From assembly GCA_002478955.1 (NCBI GenBank), contig DLKK01000084.1:10693-74692 (forward strand): a stretch of DNA of 64,000 nucleotides. Direction: 5' to 3'. Made by a program: the position numbers and the translations under genes. The DNA is from Treponema sp. UBA7590 (GTDB lineage: Bacteria; Spirochaetota; Spirochaetia; Treponematales; Treponemataceae). Positions 17,314 through 27,077 of this stretch are shown here, piece after piece (position 1 is the stretch's first letter; every line of letters starts with the position of its first letter). The notes under the pieces were generated by a model. The model saw nothing but the letters and a program-made list of their open reading frames with translations, ran no database searches and was not told where the DNA came from.

Positions 17314-17571
17314 ATGGCTCAATGGGAAAAACTTCTTTTAAAAGTAAAATCTCTTAATCAGGGAATGCGTTTTGCAGAACTGCAAAAAATCCTTGAAAAA
17401 TATGGATATATAATGACAGCTCCAAGCAGAGGAAGCAGTCATTACACTTTTCGAAAAGAAGGTTGCAATCCTATTACAATTCCAAAACATGAACCTATAA
17501 AAATTGCCTATATAAAAATGGTAAAAGCCGTAGTTGAATCTGAAAATCAAAATATGGAGGATAAAAAATGA
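17314..17571 (+). CDS. hicA: HicA-family toxin (mRNA interferase)
   Basis: F.EL.KILE.YGY...RGSSHYTFRK...ITIPKH.PIK.AY. Confidence 0.85.
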   Translation: MAQWEKLLLKVKSLNQGMRFAELQKILEKYGYIMTAPSRGSSHYTFRKEGCNPITIPKHEPIKIAYIKMVKAVVESENQNMEDKK

Positions 17572-17939
17572 AAACTTTAGAAGAATATATGAAAATGCCT
17601 TACAAACTTGAAATTTTTCCAGATACAGACGAAAACGGATTTGTTGCCAGTTATCCTGAACTTCCTGGTTGCCTTTCCTGCGGCGAAACAATTGTGTCGG
17701 CAATTGCAAACATTGAAGACGCAAAACGAGAATGGTTCAAAGCCGCAATAGAACAAAATATAAAAATAAATGAACCGGAAGAATTAGAATCATATTCTGG
17801 TCAATTCAAACTTAGAATCCCTAAAAGCCTGCACAAAACTTTGTCAGAGGATTCAAAAAAAGAAGGCATAAGCATGAATCAATATTGCGTTTACCTGCTT
17901 TCAAAAAATTCCGCAGAACATCATTTTTCATCACGTTAG
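17568..17939 (+). CDS. hicB: HicB-family antitoxin
   Basis: F.ASYPELPGCLSCGET..A..N..DAK.EW; C-terminal YSGQFKLRIPKSLH..L...GISMNQY; ATGA overlap with hicA. Confidence 0.9.
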   Translation: MKTLEEYMKMPYKLEIFPDTDENGFVASYPELPGCLSCGETIVSAIANIEDAKREWFKAAIEQNIKINEPEELESYSGQFKLRIPKSLHKTLSEDSKKEGISMNQYCVYLLSKNSAEHHFSSR

Positions 17940-17951
17940 ACAATAAATTGA

Positions 17952-18005
17952 TAAAAATGATTTCCGAAATGAGTCAAAAATATTCAAAATCCTAGTCGTT
18001 TGCGC
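17952..18005. repeat. Direct repeat (54 bp), right of hicAB
   Basis: Copy of the xre 3' end / yitT 3' end junction. Confidence 0.9.
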
Positions 18006-18852
18006 GTTTGAAGAATCTTCCCACAATATCTTTTGACTGAAGGACGTTTATGAATGCGTTCGGGTCCGCCTTACGAAGCTGTTTTTCAAGTGCCCCGCTT
18101 TCCTGAGAAGAAACAACTGTGTACAAAAGTTTGTGTTCAACATTTTTAAAGCAGCCTTTTCCCACAAAAACGGTTGCATCGTGATTTGTTTTTTCGTGGA
18201 TGATTTTATAAATTTCCTCATCCTTGTCGGTAATAATCAGTAATGTTGTTTTTTCGTATTTTTTGTAAAGCACATTCAATGCCTGAGTTGAAACAAACTG
18301 AAAAATTATTGAATAAAGCGCGGCATTCCAGCCAAAAAGAATTCCTGCCGTAAGAAGAACTGCAACATTAAACGCAAGAATGTAATTCCAAGCTGATTTT
18401 CCTGTTTTTTCTGCAATAAAAATCGCAATAAAATCTGTTCCGCCAGAAGAACTTCCTGCAAAAAGACACAAACTTATAGAAACCGCATTTAAAATTCCGC
18501 CGAAAATTGAACAAAGCAAAACATCCTGAGTAAGATACAAGCCCGGCACAAAATCAGTAAGCAAACCGGAAACAACAATCATCACAACTGAATAAAACGT
18601 GAATTTTTTGCCAATCCACAAAAATCCAATCAAAACCGGAAAAACATTCAGCCCATAAACCAAAACTGAAAAAGGCACGTTATATCCGCCAAATTTTAAA
18701 ATTGCTTCCTGAATCAAAAGTGCGAGTCCTGTAAATCCGCCTGGAAACAGATTACCAGAATGCACAAAAGTTTTTATATTAACCGCCATGAGCGCAGCTC
18801 CGACAAGAACCAACGACAATCGTTTAAGCATGCAAAAAAATGAAGATTTCAT
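17992..18852 (-). CDS. YitT-family membrane protein (DUF161/DUF2179)
   Basis: PGGFTGLA, SSGGTDFIA, DPNAFIN. Confidence 0.88.
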   Translation of the reverse strand: MKSSFFCMLKRLSLVLVGAALMAVNIKTFVHSGNLFPGGFTGLALLIQEAILKFGGYNVPFSVLVYGLNVFPVLIGFLWIGKKFTFYSVVMIVVSGLLTDFVPGLYLTQDVLLCSIFGGILNAVSISLCLFAGSSSGGTDFIAIFIAEKTGKSAWNYILAFNVAVLLTAGILFGWNAALYSIIFQFVSTQALNVLYKKYEKTTLLIITDKDEEIYKIIHEKTNHDATVFVGKGCFKNVEHKLLYTVVSSQESGALEKQLRKADPNAFINVLQSKDIVGRFFKRAND

Positions 18853-18942
18853 GGGAATATTATATCAGAAAATAATTTTATTTGTGGAATTCTAAAAAAA
18901 CTTGACTATATTTTTATTTTCTTCTATAAATATAGAAACGAC

Positions 18943-19006
18943 AAAGACGTCTGTTTAAAGCAATTTTTGTTTTTTCAAAAGTTGTTTTAAACAGGCGTCT
19001 TTTTTT
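18943..19006 (+). terminator. Long hairpin plus U-tract in the asnB upstream region (possible attenuator)
   Basis: AAGACGTCTGTTTAAAGCAATTTT...AAAAGTTGTTTTAAACAGGCGTCTTTTTTT. Confidence 0.55.
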
Positions 19007-19010
19007 ATTC

Positions 19011-19087
19011 AGGATTTTAAGGGCTTAGCCCTTAGGAGAATGGGTAGGGCGCAACGAAATGCGACCGTAGGGCAAGGCTTTGCCCTT
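19011..19087 (-). repeat. Palindromic REP-like element, intergenic copy
   Basis: Reverse complement aligns with 38895-38969; hairpins AAGGGC/GCCCTT and AGGGCAA/TTGCCCT. Confidence 0.75.
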
Positions 19088-19110
19088 CAGATAAATTCAG
19101 GGGTTACGAT

Positions 19111-20874
19111 ATGTGTGGATTTGTTGGAGCATTTGATTTAAGCAGTGGCAGTCAGCCGATTGATGAAGGTCTTAGAGAACAGCTTCGCGCAGAAGTTCTT
19201 GAGATGAGCAAAAAGATTCGACACCGCGGGCCGGACTGGACGGGCGTTTATACTGGAAAAAACGCGATTTTAAGCCACGAGCGTCTGGCAATTGTTGATC
19301 CGCTTTCGGGAAAGCAACCGTTAGTTAGCGATGATGGAAAAATTATTCTTGCCGTGAACGGTGAAATTTACAACCAAAAGCAAATCCGCAAGGAATTTGA
19401 AGGAAAATACAACTTTAAAACCCAAAGTGACTGCGAAGTTATAATTCCGCTTTATAAAAAATACTGCGCGGAAGGCAAAGATTTTACCGCAATGATTGAG
19501 AAACTTTCAGGAATTTTTGCGTTTGCGCTTTATGATTCTGAAAAAGATGTTTATTTAATCGCACGCGATGAAATTGGTGTTATTCCGCTTTACCAAGGCT
19601 GGGACAAGCAAGGACGATATTATGTTGCATCAGAATTAAAGGCGCTTGAAGGGCACTGCATGACAATCGAGGAATTTCCGAACGGCCATTATTTTTATTC
19701 AAAAGACGAAAAACCGACCAGATGGTACTTCCGCGACTGGGAATCTTATGAAAATGTAAAAAACAACCCAAAAGCAACTGATGAAAAAGGTGAAATCATA
19801 AATCCTAGCGTGATTGAAAAAGTAAAAGTCGGCCTTGAAAATGCTGTAAAAGCCCAGCTTATGAGCGATGTTCCGTACGGCGTTCTGCTTTCTGGCGGAC
19901 TGGATTCTTCGATTATTGCTGCAATTACACAAAAATTTTCAAAAATGCGCGTGGAATCGGATTCAACAGAAGAAGCTTGGTGGCCAAAACTTCATTCTTT
20001 TGCAATCGGACTGGAAGGTTCGCCGGATTTAATTGCCGCACAAAAAGCCGCTGATTACATTGGAACTGTTCACCATGAAGTTCATTTTACAATTCAGGAA
20101 GCATTGGACGCATTGCCGGATGTAATTTATCACATTGAAACTTACGATATTACAACAGTCCGCGCTTCTACGCCGATGTATTTGCTTGCACGAGTAATTA
20201 AATCAATGGGAATAAAAATGGTTCTTTCCGGGGAAGGCAGCGATGAGCTTTTTGGCGGATATTTGTACTTTCATAAAGCTCCAGACGCAAAAGAATTTCA
20301 CGAGGAACTTGTGCGCAAAATGAGCAAACTTCACTTGTACGACTGCTTGCGCGCAAACAAATCTTTGATGGCGTGGGGCGTTGAAGGGCGAGTTCCATTC
20401 CTTGATAAGGATTTTATCGACATCGCAATGCGCTTGAACCCGACAGACAAGATGAATATAAAACTTCCAGACGGAAAGCAGCGAATTGAAAAATGGATTC
20501 TGCGAAAAGCGTTTGAAGATATGCTTCCTGAAAATATTTGCTGGAGACAGAAAGAGCAATTTTCTGATGGCGTAGGCTACAACTGGATTGATACTCTTAA
20601 AAAAATCACAGAAGAAAAAGTCAGCGATGCAGAATTTGCGCGCCGCGAAAACCGGTTCCCTGTAAATCCGCCAAAAACAAAGGAAGAATATTACTACCGC
20701 GAGATTTACAGCAAGCTTTTCCCTAGCGACAGCGCGGCAAAAGTCGTTCCACATGAAGCTGGAGTTGCCTGCTCAACCGAAAAAGCTCTTGAATGGGATG
20801 CAGCCTGGAAAAATATGGATGAACCGAGTGGCCGGGCAATCAGCGGCGTTCATGACGATGCTTACAAAAACTAG
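19111..20874 (+). CDS. asnB: Asparagine synthetase B (glutamine-hydrolysing)
   Basis: MCG N-terminus, RHRGPD, NGEIYN, LLSGGLDSS, SGEGSDE, RVPFLD, WRQKEQFSDG. Confidence 0.97.
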   Translation: MCGFVGAFDLSSGSQPIDEGLREQLRAEVLEMSKKIRHRGPDWTGVYTGKNAILSHERLAIVDPLSGKQPLVSDDGKIILAVNGEIYNQKQIRKEFEGKYNFKTQSDCEVIIPLYKKYCAEGKDFTAMIEKLSGIFAFALYDSEKDVYLIARDEIGVIPLYQGWDKQGRYYVASELKALEGHCMTIEEFPNGHYFYSKDEKPTRWYFRDWESYENVKNNPKATDEKGEIINPSVIEKVKVGLENAVKAQLMSDVPYGVLLSGGLDSSIIAAITQKFSKMRVESDSTEEAWWPKLHSFAIGLEGSPDLIAAQKAADYIGTVHHEVHFTIQEALDALPDVIYHIETYDITTVRASTPMYLLARVIKSMGIKMVLSGEGSDELFGGYLYFHKAPDAKEFHEELVRKMSKLHLYDCLRANKSLMAWGVEGRVPFLDKDFIDIAMRLNPTDKMNIKLPDGKQRIEKWILRKAFEDMLPENICWRQKEQFSDGVGYNWIDTLKKITEEKVSDAEFARRENRFPVNPPKTKEEYYYREIYSKLFPSDSAAKVVPHEAGVACSTEKALEWDAAWKNMDEPSGRAISGVHDDAYKN

Positions 20875-20918
20875 TTGAAAAATAAAATCAGCAAGATTGA
20901 CAGCAATTTGAATCTATC

Positions 20919-20963
20919 AAAAAAAATGGGTGAGTCTCTTTTTTGAGGCAATCCCATTTTTTT
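20919..20963. terminator. Bidirectional terminator asnB/trkH
   Basis: AAAAAAAATGGG...CCCATTTTTTT. Confidence 0.7.
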
Positions 20964-22407
20964 ATTTCTTCCAATAAGTTGGCACAAAGAAAATCATCAT
21001 TGTATAAAGCTCAAGGCGTCCTGCCAGCATTGCAAAACAATACCACCATTTTACAAAAGCCGGCAAAAAACCATAATTTCCACTAGGCGAAAGCGCACCA
21101 AATCCGGGTCCGATATTGCCAACCATAGAAACTGCTCCTGTAAAAGCCGTAAAAATATCAAGTTTTCCAAGACAACCGACAAAAGTTGTAACAAGAATCA
21201 GAAATAAATACAAAAGCAAAAATGACGCAACAGAAAAAACAAGTTCCTTTCGAGCCGGATTATTATTCAGCCTTAAAGAAAAAACTCCATGCGGATGAAT
21301 AATTTTTCGGATTTCGTTATTAACCTGCTTGAACAAAATCACCCAGCGAATCACTTTAAAACCTCCGCCAGTAGAACCTGAACAGCCGCCAACAAAGAAC
21401 AAAACAAAAATAAAAAATTGAGCCGTGCTTGGCCAATCCATAAAATCCACAGTAGAAAAACCTGTCGTTGTAATTACTGACGCAGTTTGAAAAGCCGAAT
21501 GTTTTAACGCAACCCAAAATGAACCGTAAATTTTCGTAATACACAACGCAATAGAAATGGTGAAAAATACAAAAATCCCAAGATACGCTTTTAATTCTGA
21601 ATTTTCATAAATTTCGCGCCATTTTCCACGCACAGCAAAATAAAACAGGCTAAAGTTAATTCCGGCAAGAAGCATAAAAATTGTGCAGATAACATCGATT
21701 GCGGTGGAATTATACGCGCCGATACTTGCAGTTCTTGTGGAAAATCCACCAGTTCCGAGCGTAGCAAACGCATGAGCAAACGCATCTATAAAATTCATTC
21801 CAAAAATTTTCAAGAAAATCGCCTGCAAAACCGTAAGAATCAAATAAGAAATCCAGAGAATTTTTGCCGTCGTTGTGATTTTCGCCGTAACTTTACCTTT
21901 TTCCGGTCCAGTTGTCTCTGCTTTTATAAGCTGAAATCCGCCAACACCAAGCAAAGGAAGAAGTGCGACTGTAAGCGCCACAATCCCCATTCCGCCAAGC
22001 CAATGCGTAAGACATCTCCACATATTTATACTTCGGGGAAGTTCATCAATATTCCCAAGAATCGTTCCGCCAGTTGTGGAAAATCCGCTTACACTTTCAA
22101 AAAAAGCATTTGTAAAATCTGGAATTGCCCTGGACGCAAACATCGGAATCATTCCAAACAGACTTGTAAAAATCCAGCAACAAGCCACAACAACGTAAGT
22201 TTTTCTTATATTGAGCGTTATTTTTCGTTTTTTAAAAAGAAGAGTTATAACCAGGCACAAAATCCAACTTATCAGCATTGGAGCCAAAAACGGCAAAAGA
22301 ACATTTGTTTCACCACAATAAAGCGCAACTCCAACCGGAATCAAAAATGTTGTTCCAACTATCGCAAGCAAAACCGAAAGAATTCTTATCAAATCTACTA
22401 TAAACAT
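20962..22407 (-). CDS. trkH: Trk potassium uptake membrane protein
   Basis: FESVSGFSTTG, WLGGMGI, TGGFS, TTTGF, GSTGGG.K, GNIGPG, GRLE. Confidence 0.95.
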   Translation of the reverse strand: MFIVDLIRILSVLLAIVGTTFLIPVGVALYCGETNVLLPFLAPMLISWILCLVITLLFKKRKITLNIRKTYVVVACCWIFTSLFGMIPMFASRAIPDFTNAFFESVSGFSTTGGTILGNIDELPRSINMWRCLTHWLGGMGIVALTVALLPLLGVGGFQLIKAETTGPEKGKVTAKITTTAKILWISYLILTVLQAIFLKIFGMNFIDAFAHAFATLGTGGFSTRTASIGAYNSTAIDVICTIFMLLAGINFSLFYFAVRGKWREIYENSELKAYLGIFVFFTISIALCITKIYGSFWVALKHSAFQTASVITTTGFSTVDFMDWPSTAQFFIFVLFFVGGCSGSTGGGFKVIRWVILFKQVNNEIRKIIHPHGVFSLRLNNNPARKELVFSVASFLLLYLFLILVTTFVGCLGKLDIFTAFTGAVSMVGNIGPGFGALSPSGNYGFLPAFVKWWYCFAMLAGRLELYTMMIFFVPTYWKK

Positions 22408-22422
22408 AATTTATTTACCCGG

Positions 22423-23868
22423 TTATTCGATAACGTTTCCAAATTCTTCCAGAACTTCAGAGGCTTCTTCCGATTTTACAATCAGAACCAAATGGTCGCC
22501 GGTTGCAAAAACTGTATCGCCAACAACGATTTCATATTCATCTTTTCCAGAATGACGGTCCAGCAAAACAAAATATTTTCCAGGTTCGGCAATTTCTTTC
22601 ATCGATTTTCCTGTCACTTTTGAAGCGGTGCTCAGTTCACATTCAATAATCTCAAAATTACTGTTTGCAATCGTATGAATTTCTTTTACGGATTTTCCGC
22701 GCATATGGCTCATAATTGAATCAACAACAACATCGCGCAATGCAATTGAAACATCAACGCCGAGTTTCGTCGCAATCGCAGAAAAAGCTGAATCTTTTAC
22801 AAGAGAAACCGACTGTTTTACCCCCAAAGATTCAAGATAAGCCGCAACAACCATATTCATCTCGTGGTTGTGGGTCGCGCAAATCACCAAATCGAAATCT
22901 GGAATTCCTTCTTCGCGCAAAAAACTTTCATCAGAAGCATCACCGTTCAAGACACGCGCAGTTTTTCCGAATTTTTCAGAAGCAGCTTTTGCAAGTTCAT
23001 AATCCGTATCAATTATAACAATGTCCTGCGCTGGAGCAAAGTTGCGTTCGGCAATTCTTTTAAAAAGAGAAATTTTTTGCGGCTGAATAATTTTTTCCGC
23101 AATCAAAGTTCCGATTCTTCCAGCGCCAACAATAGCGATTTTCTTAAATTCCTGTTGCTTTGAGCCGCAAAGCTCAATAATTTTGCTAACATCTTCTTTC
23201 TTGGAAAGAATTCCAAGCGTGCAGCCAGCTTCCATGACTGTTGAACCGCCTGCAAGTTGAGTTTCGCCATTTATTTCAACGTAAGCGACAAGCATGTTCA
23301 ATTCTGTAAGAGCCCGCAGCTCCATGAGCTTGTGTCCGGCAAGAACGCTTTCCTCCCCAACAATAATCCGGCTGATTTGCATTTCCGAGTTGTCAAAAGT
23401 CACGACATTGCTGACCGCGCCATTTTCAACAGCCTCAACAATTGCTTCCGCGGCTTCTACATCTGGATGAATCATAAAATCAATTCCGTAGAGAGGTCGA
23501 TGTTTTCCACTAAAAGTATTAGCATGACTTTTTTTAGCAGAAGCTGTGTTCACATAATAAGCATAATTTCTTACGCGGGCGATTTTTAAAATATCAGGAT
23601 AAACGGCATCCACGAGCGAGCAAGTTATCATATTCACTTCGTCGCTTTCTGTAAGGCAAACAAGAACATCTGCCTTTGTGATTCCCGCCGCTTCTAGATT
23701 TTCAAGATTATTTCCGTCTTCAGTAAGAACAGTGCAGTCAATCTGATCCGCAAGATGCCTTGTGATTTCTTCGTTATTATCGATGAGAGTTACATCATTT
23801 CGTTCATTGGAAAGGATTTTTGCAAGCTGAACGCCAGTAAATCCTGCTCCAACAATAAAAACTTTCAT
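22423..23868 (-). CDS. trkA: Trk potassium uptake NAD-binding (RCK) protein
   Basis: Two GAG..G Rossmann RCK-N plus RCK-C domains; KIARVR. Confidence 0.93.
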   Translation of the reverse strand: MKVFIVGAGFTGVQLAKILSNERNDVTLIDNNEEITRHLADQIDCTVLTEDGNNLENLEAAGITKADVLVCLTESDEVNMITCSLVDAVYPDILKIARVRNYAYYVNTASAKKSHANTFSGKHRPLYGIDFMIHPDVEAAEAIVEAVENGAVSNVVTFDNSEMQISRIIVGEESVLAGHKLMELRALTELNMLVAYVEINGETQLAGGSTVMEAGCTLGILSKKEDVSKIIELCGSKQQEFKKIAIVGAGRIGTLIAEKIIQPQKISLFKRIAERNFAPAQDIVIIDTDYELAKAASEKFGKTARVLNGDASDESFLREEGIPDFDLVICATHNHEMNMVVAAYLESLGVKQSVSLVKDSAFSAIATKLGVDVSIALRDVVVDSIMSHMRGKSVKEIHTIANSNFEIIECELSTASKVTGKSMKEIAEPGKYFVLLDRHSGKDEYEIVVGDTVFATGDHLVLIVKSEEASEVLEEFGNVIE

Positions 23869-23886
23869 TAAAACCTCAAATCAATT

Positions 23887-24522
23887 TTATTCATCATCGC
23901 TTTCAGAGGAAAGTTTTGATTTTCCATTTGAAACAATTGTGATTGACGCAACAACAACCGCACAAACAAAACCGGCTGCAATCGCCTCCAAAAATGACCC
24001 CGGAAGAATCATCACCATAAGCGCAAAATAACCAAGCCCATTCATTGCCTCAGAAATTTTTCCGTTCAAAAAAATATAAAGCGAACCGATTACAACAAAA
24101 GAATGAAATAAACTTGAAAAAATCGCTGTAACCAAAGAATTTACGCTTTTCGGGCAAAAAGGAATCAATTCAAGAAGCTTAAAAATTCCCCAGGAAACAA
24201 CACCAAAAAGAACTCTTGGCAGAACTGAGCACAACGGATTTACAAAAAACGGATCCAAAACGCCCGAAGGATTTGCCGCCGCATTCACAAGACTTGTAAG
24301 CCCAAAAATCAAACCAGTAGCAATTCCACCCGGAAGTCCAGCCAAAATCGCAGCTAAAACAACAGGAATGTGCATAATTGTCAAAGAAATTGTAGGACTA
24401 ATCTGAATATATCCAAGATGAAGCCCAGGAATCCCCATCAAAATTGTAAGCGCGCACAAAGCCGCTGTAATTGCAATTTGCTTATTCTTATTGACAACAA
24501 CTGATGACGAAATTTTATTCAT
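23887..24522 (-). CDS. ECF transporter S component, PanT-like (pantothenate)
   Basis: LGYI....TIMHIPV...G...G...GL.FGL.S, SVLPR. Confidence 0.8.
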   Translation of the reverse strand: MNKISSSVVVNKNKQIAITAALCALTILMGIPGLHLGYIQISPTISLTIMHIPVVLAAILAGLPGGIATGLIFGLTSLVNAAANPSGVLDPFFVNPLCSVLPRVLFGVVSWGIFKLLELIPFCPKSVNSLVTAIFSSLFHSFVVIGSLYIFLNGKISEAMNGLGYFALMVMILPGSFLEAIAAGFVCAVVVASITIVSNGKSKLSSESDDE

Positions 24523-24744
24523 TTTTTTACATCCATTCTTTTTAATTTTAAATTAACAGCCTGAATATCAAATTTTTAGACCAGCAATAAAACTTGACAT
24601 CCAAATTAACAAAAAATCTTAACATTTTTATCCAATAACTTCAAATTTTTATTCATAGGCAAGAAAAATGAAAGCCCTTTCATTTTATAGGAAAAAGACT
24701 GTTTTATAACTTGACATTCGGTTCCTTTCAACCATACACTTATT

Positions 24745-27075
24745 TTGCTGGAGTTTTTTTTATTGATAACACTGTTTACATATTTCTTTGTATTTTCAAT
24801 ATTTTCACTTGCTTTAGCTTTATTTTTCACAAGAAAAATCAGCACTAAGAAATATGTTTGTCCATTAAGATTATCAATTATAAGCGCACTGATTATAACG
24901 ATTGCCCACATTTTTATCATCAACACAAAAAGTGAAAAAGTCGCTTACATCTGCTACACAATTTTCTTTATTTTTATAGATATTCTTATTTTTTCAATTT
25001 TTATTTTTTCAAAAAAATATACAAAATTTGAAAACCGTTTTCAATGGCTGGATAAATTTATAATCGGATTCGGATTATTAGACTGCGCAAATTCTTTCTT
25101 GAACATTTTCCTTCATCATTCTTTTGAATTAAAAAAAGTTCCAGTTCCAGCGTTTTGGAATGACAACGCCCAGGAGATTTTTAAAATATCAATGAAATGG
25201 CCTTATCAGGCTCATCTTGTGTTTTGTTATCTTGTGCTCGGCCTGTTGCTCGCAGTTATAATCACCAGAATTGTCACAACGCCAAAAATGTACAGATTCA
25301 TATACACAAATATTTTGGTTTCTGTTTCTGTCAATATTCTTGGCGATTATTTCTATGTTTTCCTTGGAAGCCCAATTGATTTTTCAATAATTTTCACCGC
25401 AATTTCAGTTCTTCTGCTTTGCGCTTTCGCAATTTATTTTACGCCGTCACGACTTCTTCAAACTCAGCTTCTGACAGTTGTCTCAAACATGAGCGATTCT
25501 GTAATTCTTTTTGACATTGACGGCGAACTTGTCTATAAAAATTCCGCAATGCGTCTTCTGGAAAACGAATTTTCTTCCGCAGAATTCAGCCTTGAAAATA
25601 TGCAGAAAGAATTTTCGCTTGGTTCAAATTTTGAAAGCCTGAAAAATATTTCAAAAAGCTGCCTAGATAAAGAACTTCAGAAAAATGGAAAGAATTTTAC
25701 ATTTCATATTTCGCTGCGGACGTTAAAAGACGAAAACAATAATTTCCTGGGCGCGTTTTTTATTATCCACGATAAAACACTGGAAGTTCAAAAACTTGAG
25801 CAGGAAAAATATTTCGCCCTTCACGACAAACTTACAAATCTTTTTAACCGTGACGGATTTTATAAAAAAGTCCAGGAAATTTTAAAAAACAAACCAAACG
25901 AAAAATATCTGATGATTTGCAGCGACATTGACAATTTTAAACTTATAAACGATTTGTTTGGACGTTCCACCGGCGACAATTTTCTTGTAAAAATAGCAGA
26001 CGCGATAAAAAAATATTCGCGGCCGGAACAGATTTTTGCGCGGTTGGAAAGCGACCGTTTTGCGTTTTTTACAAAAAAATCAAATTTCGATGAAGAAATA
26101 TTCCTTGAAAATACTGGAGAAATTTCAACGGTTTCGAGCAATTTAAATTATCCGGTAAATTTTCATTTCGGCGTTTATGAAATAGAAGATATTTCAATGC
26201 CTGTTTCGCTTATGTGCGACCGGGCTTTTATGGCATTAAAGACAATCAAAGGAAATCTGCAGTCAAAAATCGTGTATTACAATTCCGACATCCGCAACGT
26301 AATAATACACGAACAGCAACTTATAGGCGAATTTCCTTCAGCATTGGCAAACAATCAATTTCAAATGTATTTGCAGCCACAAGTCAAAAATGACGGAAAT
26401 GTTTATGGAGCTGAAGCACTTGTCCGCTGGAATCATCCAGACAATTCAATCATGCGCCCGGACGATTTTGTTCCAATTTTTGAAAGCAAAGGTTTGATTA
26501 CAAATCTTGACCAATTTATCTGGAATTGCGCCGCACAAAAACTAAAAGAATGGAAAAACAACGGAATTGACGATATGTACATTTCCGTAAATATCTCTCC
26601 AAAAGATTTTCTTTATATCGATGTTTACAAAACTTTTGTTGATTTGATAAAAAAATACGACATAAGCCCAAAAAATCTAAAGCTTGAAATAACTGAATCC
26701 GCAATCCTTATGAATTTAAAGGCTCAGCTTATTCTTATAAATAAATTGCGCGCATTCGGCTTTCAGATTGAAATGGATGATTTTGGAAGCGGCTATTCAT
26801 CACTTAATATGCTAAAAGATATTCCATTCGATGTATTAAAAATTGACATGGCATTTCTTCAGGCAACAAAAAATCAGGAACGCTCAATCCAGATTCTTCA
26901 TTCAATCATAAAACTTTCAAAACGGCTTAATATGCCAGTAATCACCGAAGGCGTTGAAACAAAAGAGCAAGTTGACTTTTTAAAGGACATGGGAACTGAT
27001 TATTATCAGGGATTTTATTTTGCGCGACCAATGCCCGTAAAAGATTTTGAGTCAAAATATATCAAGAAAAATTAA
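24745..27075 (+). CDS. Membrane sensor (HisKA_7TM-like)-PAS-GGDEF(degenerate)-EAL, probable c-di-GMP phosphodiesterase
   Basis: Multi-TM N-terminus; GGDEF replaced by ESDRF; intact EAL, DDFGSGYSSL, EGVE; start codon uncertain (TTG). Confidence 0.85.
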   Translation: MLEFFLLITLFTYFFVFSIFSLALALFFTRKISTKKYVCPLRLSIISALIITIAHIFIINTKSEKVAYICYTIFFIFIDILIFSIFIFSKKYTKFENRFQWLDKFIIGFGLLDCANSFLNIFLHHSFELKKVPVPAFWNDNAQEIFKISMKWPYQAHLVFCYLVLGLLLAVIITRIVTTPKMYRFIYTNILVSVSVNILGDYFYVFLGSPIDFSIIFTAISVLLLCAFAIYFTPSRLLQTQLLTVVSNMSDSVILFDIDGELVYKNSAMRLLENEFSSAEFSLENMQKEFSLGSNFESLKNISKSCLDKELQKNGKNFTFHISLRTLKDENNNFLGAFFIIHDKTLEVQKLEQEKYFALHDKLTNLFNRDGFYKKVQEILKNKPNEKYLMICSDIDNFKLINDLFGRSTGDNFLVKIADAIKKYSRPEQIFARLESDRFAFFTKKSNFDEEIFLENTGEISTVSSNLNYPVNFHFGVYEIEDISMPVSLMCDRAFMALKTIKGNLQSKIVYYNSDIRNVIIHEQQLIGEFPSALANNQFQMYLQPQVKNDGNVYGAEALVRWNHPDNSIMRPDDFVPIFESKGLITNLDQFIWNCAAQKLKEWKNNGIDDMYISVNISPKDFLYIDVYKTFVDLIKKYDISPKNLKLEITESAILMNLKAQLILINKLRAFGFQIEMDDFGSGYSSLNMLKDIPFDVLKIDMAFLQATKNQERSIQILHSIIKLSKRLNMPVITEGVETKEQVDFLKDMGTDYYQGFYFARPMPVKDFESKYIKKN

Positions 27076-27077
27076 GT

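Noticed and set aside
12300..18010. Prophage, ICE or IS element
   Set aside because: No integrase, transposase, relaxase or phage structural genes; no terminal inverted repeats seen.
21772..22623. Long antisense ORFs (283 aa here; similarly 43358-43942, 48938-49660, 51633-52247)
   Set aside because: Opposite-strand shadows of well-conserved genes, with no motifs.
24745..27075. Active diguanylate cyclase
   Set aside because: GGDEF signature is degenerate (ESDRF); only the EAL domain looks catalytic.
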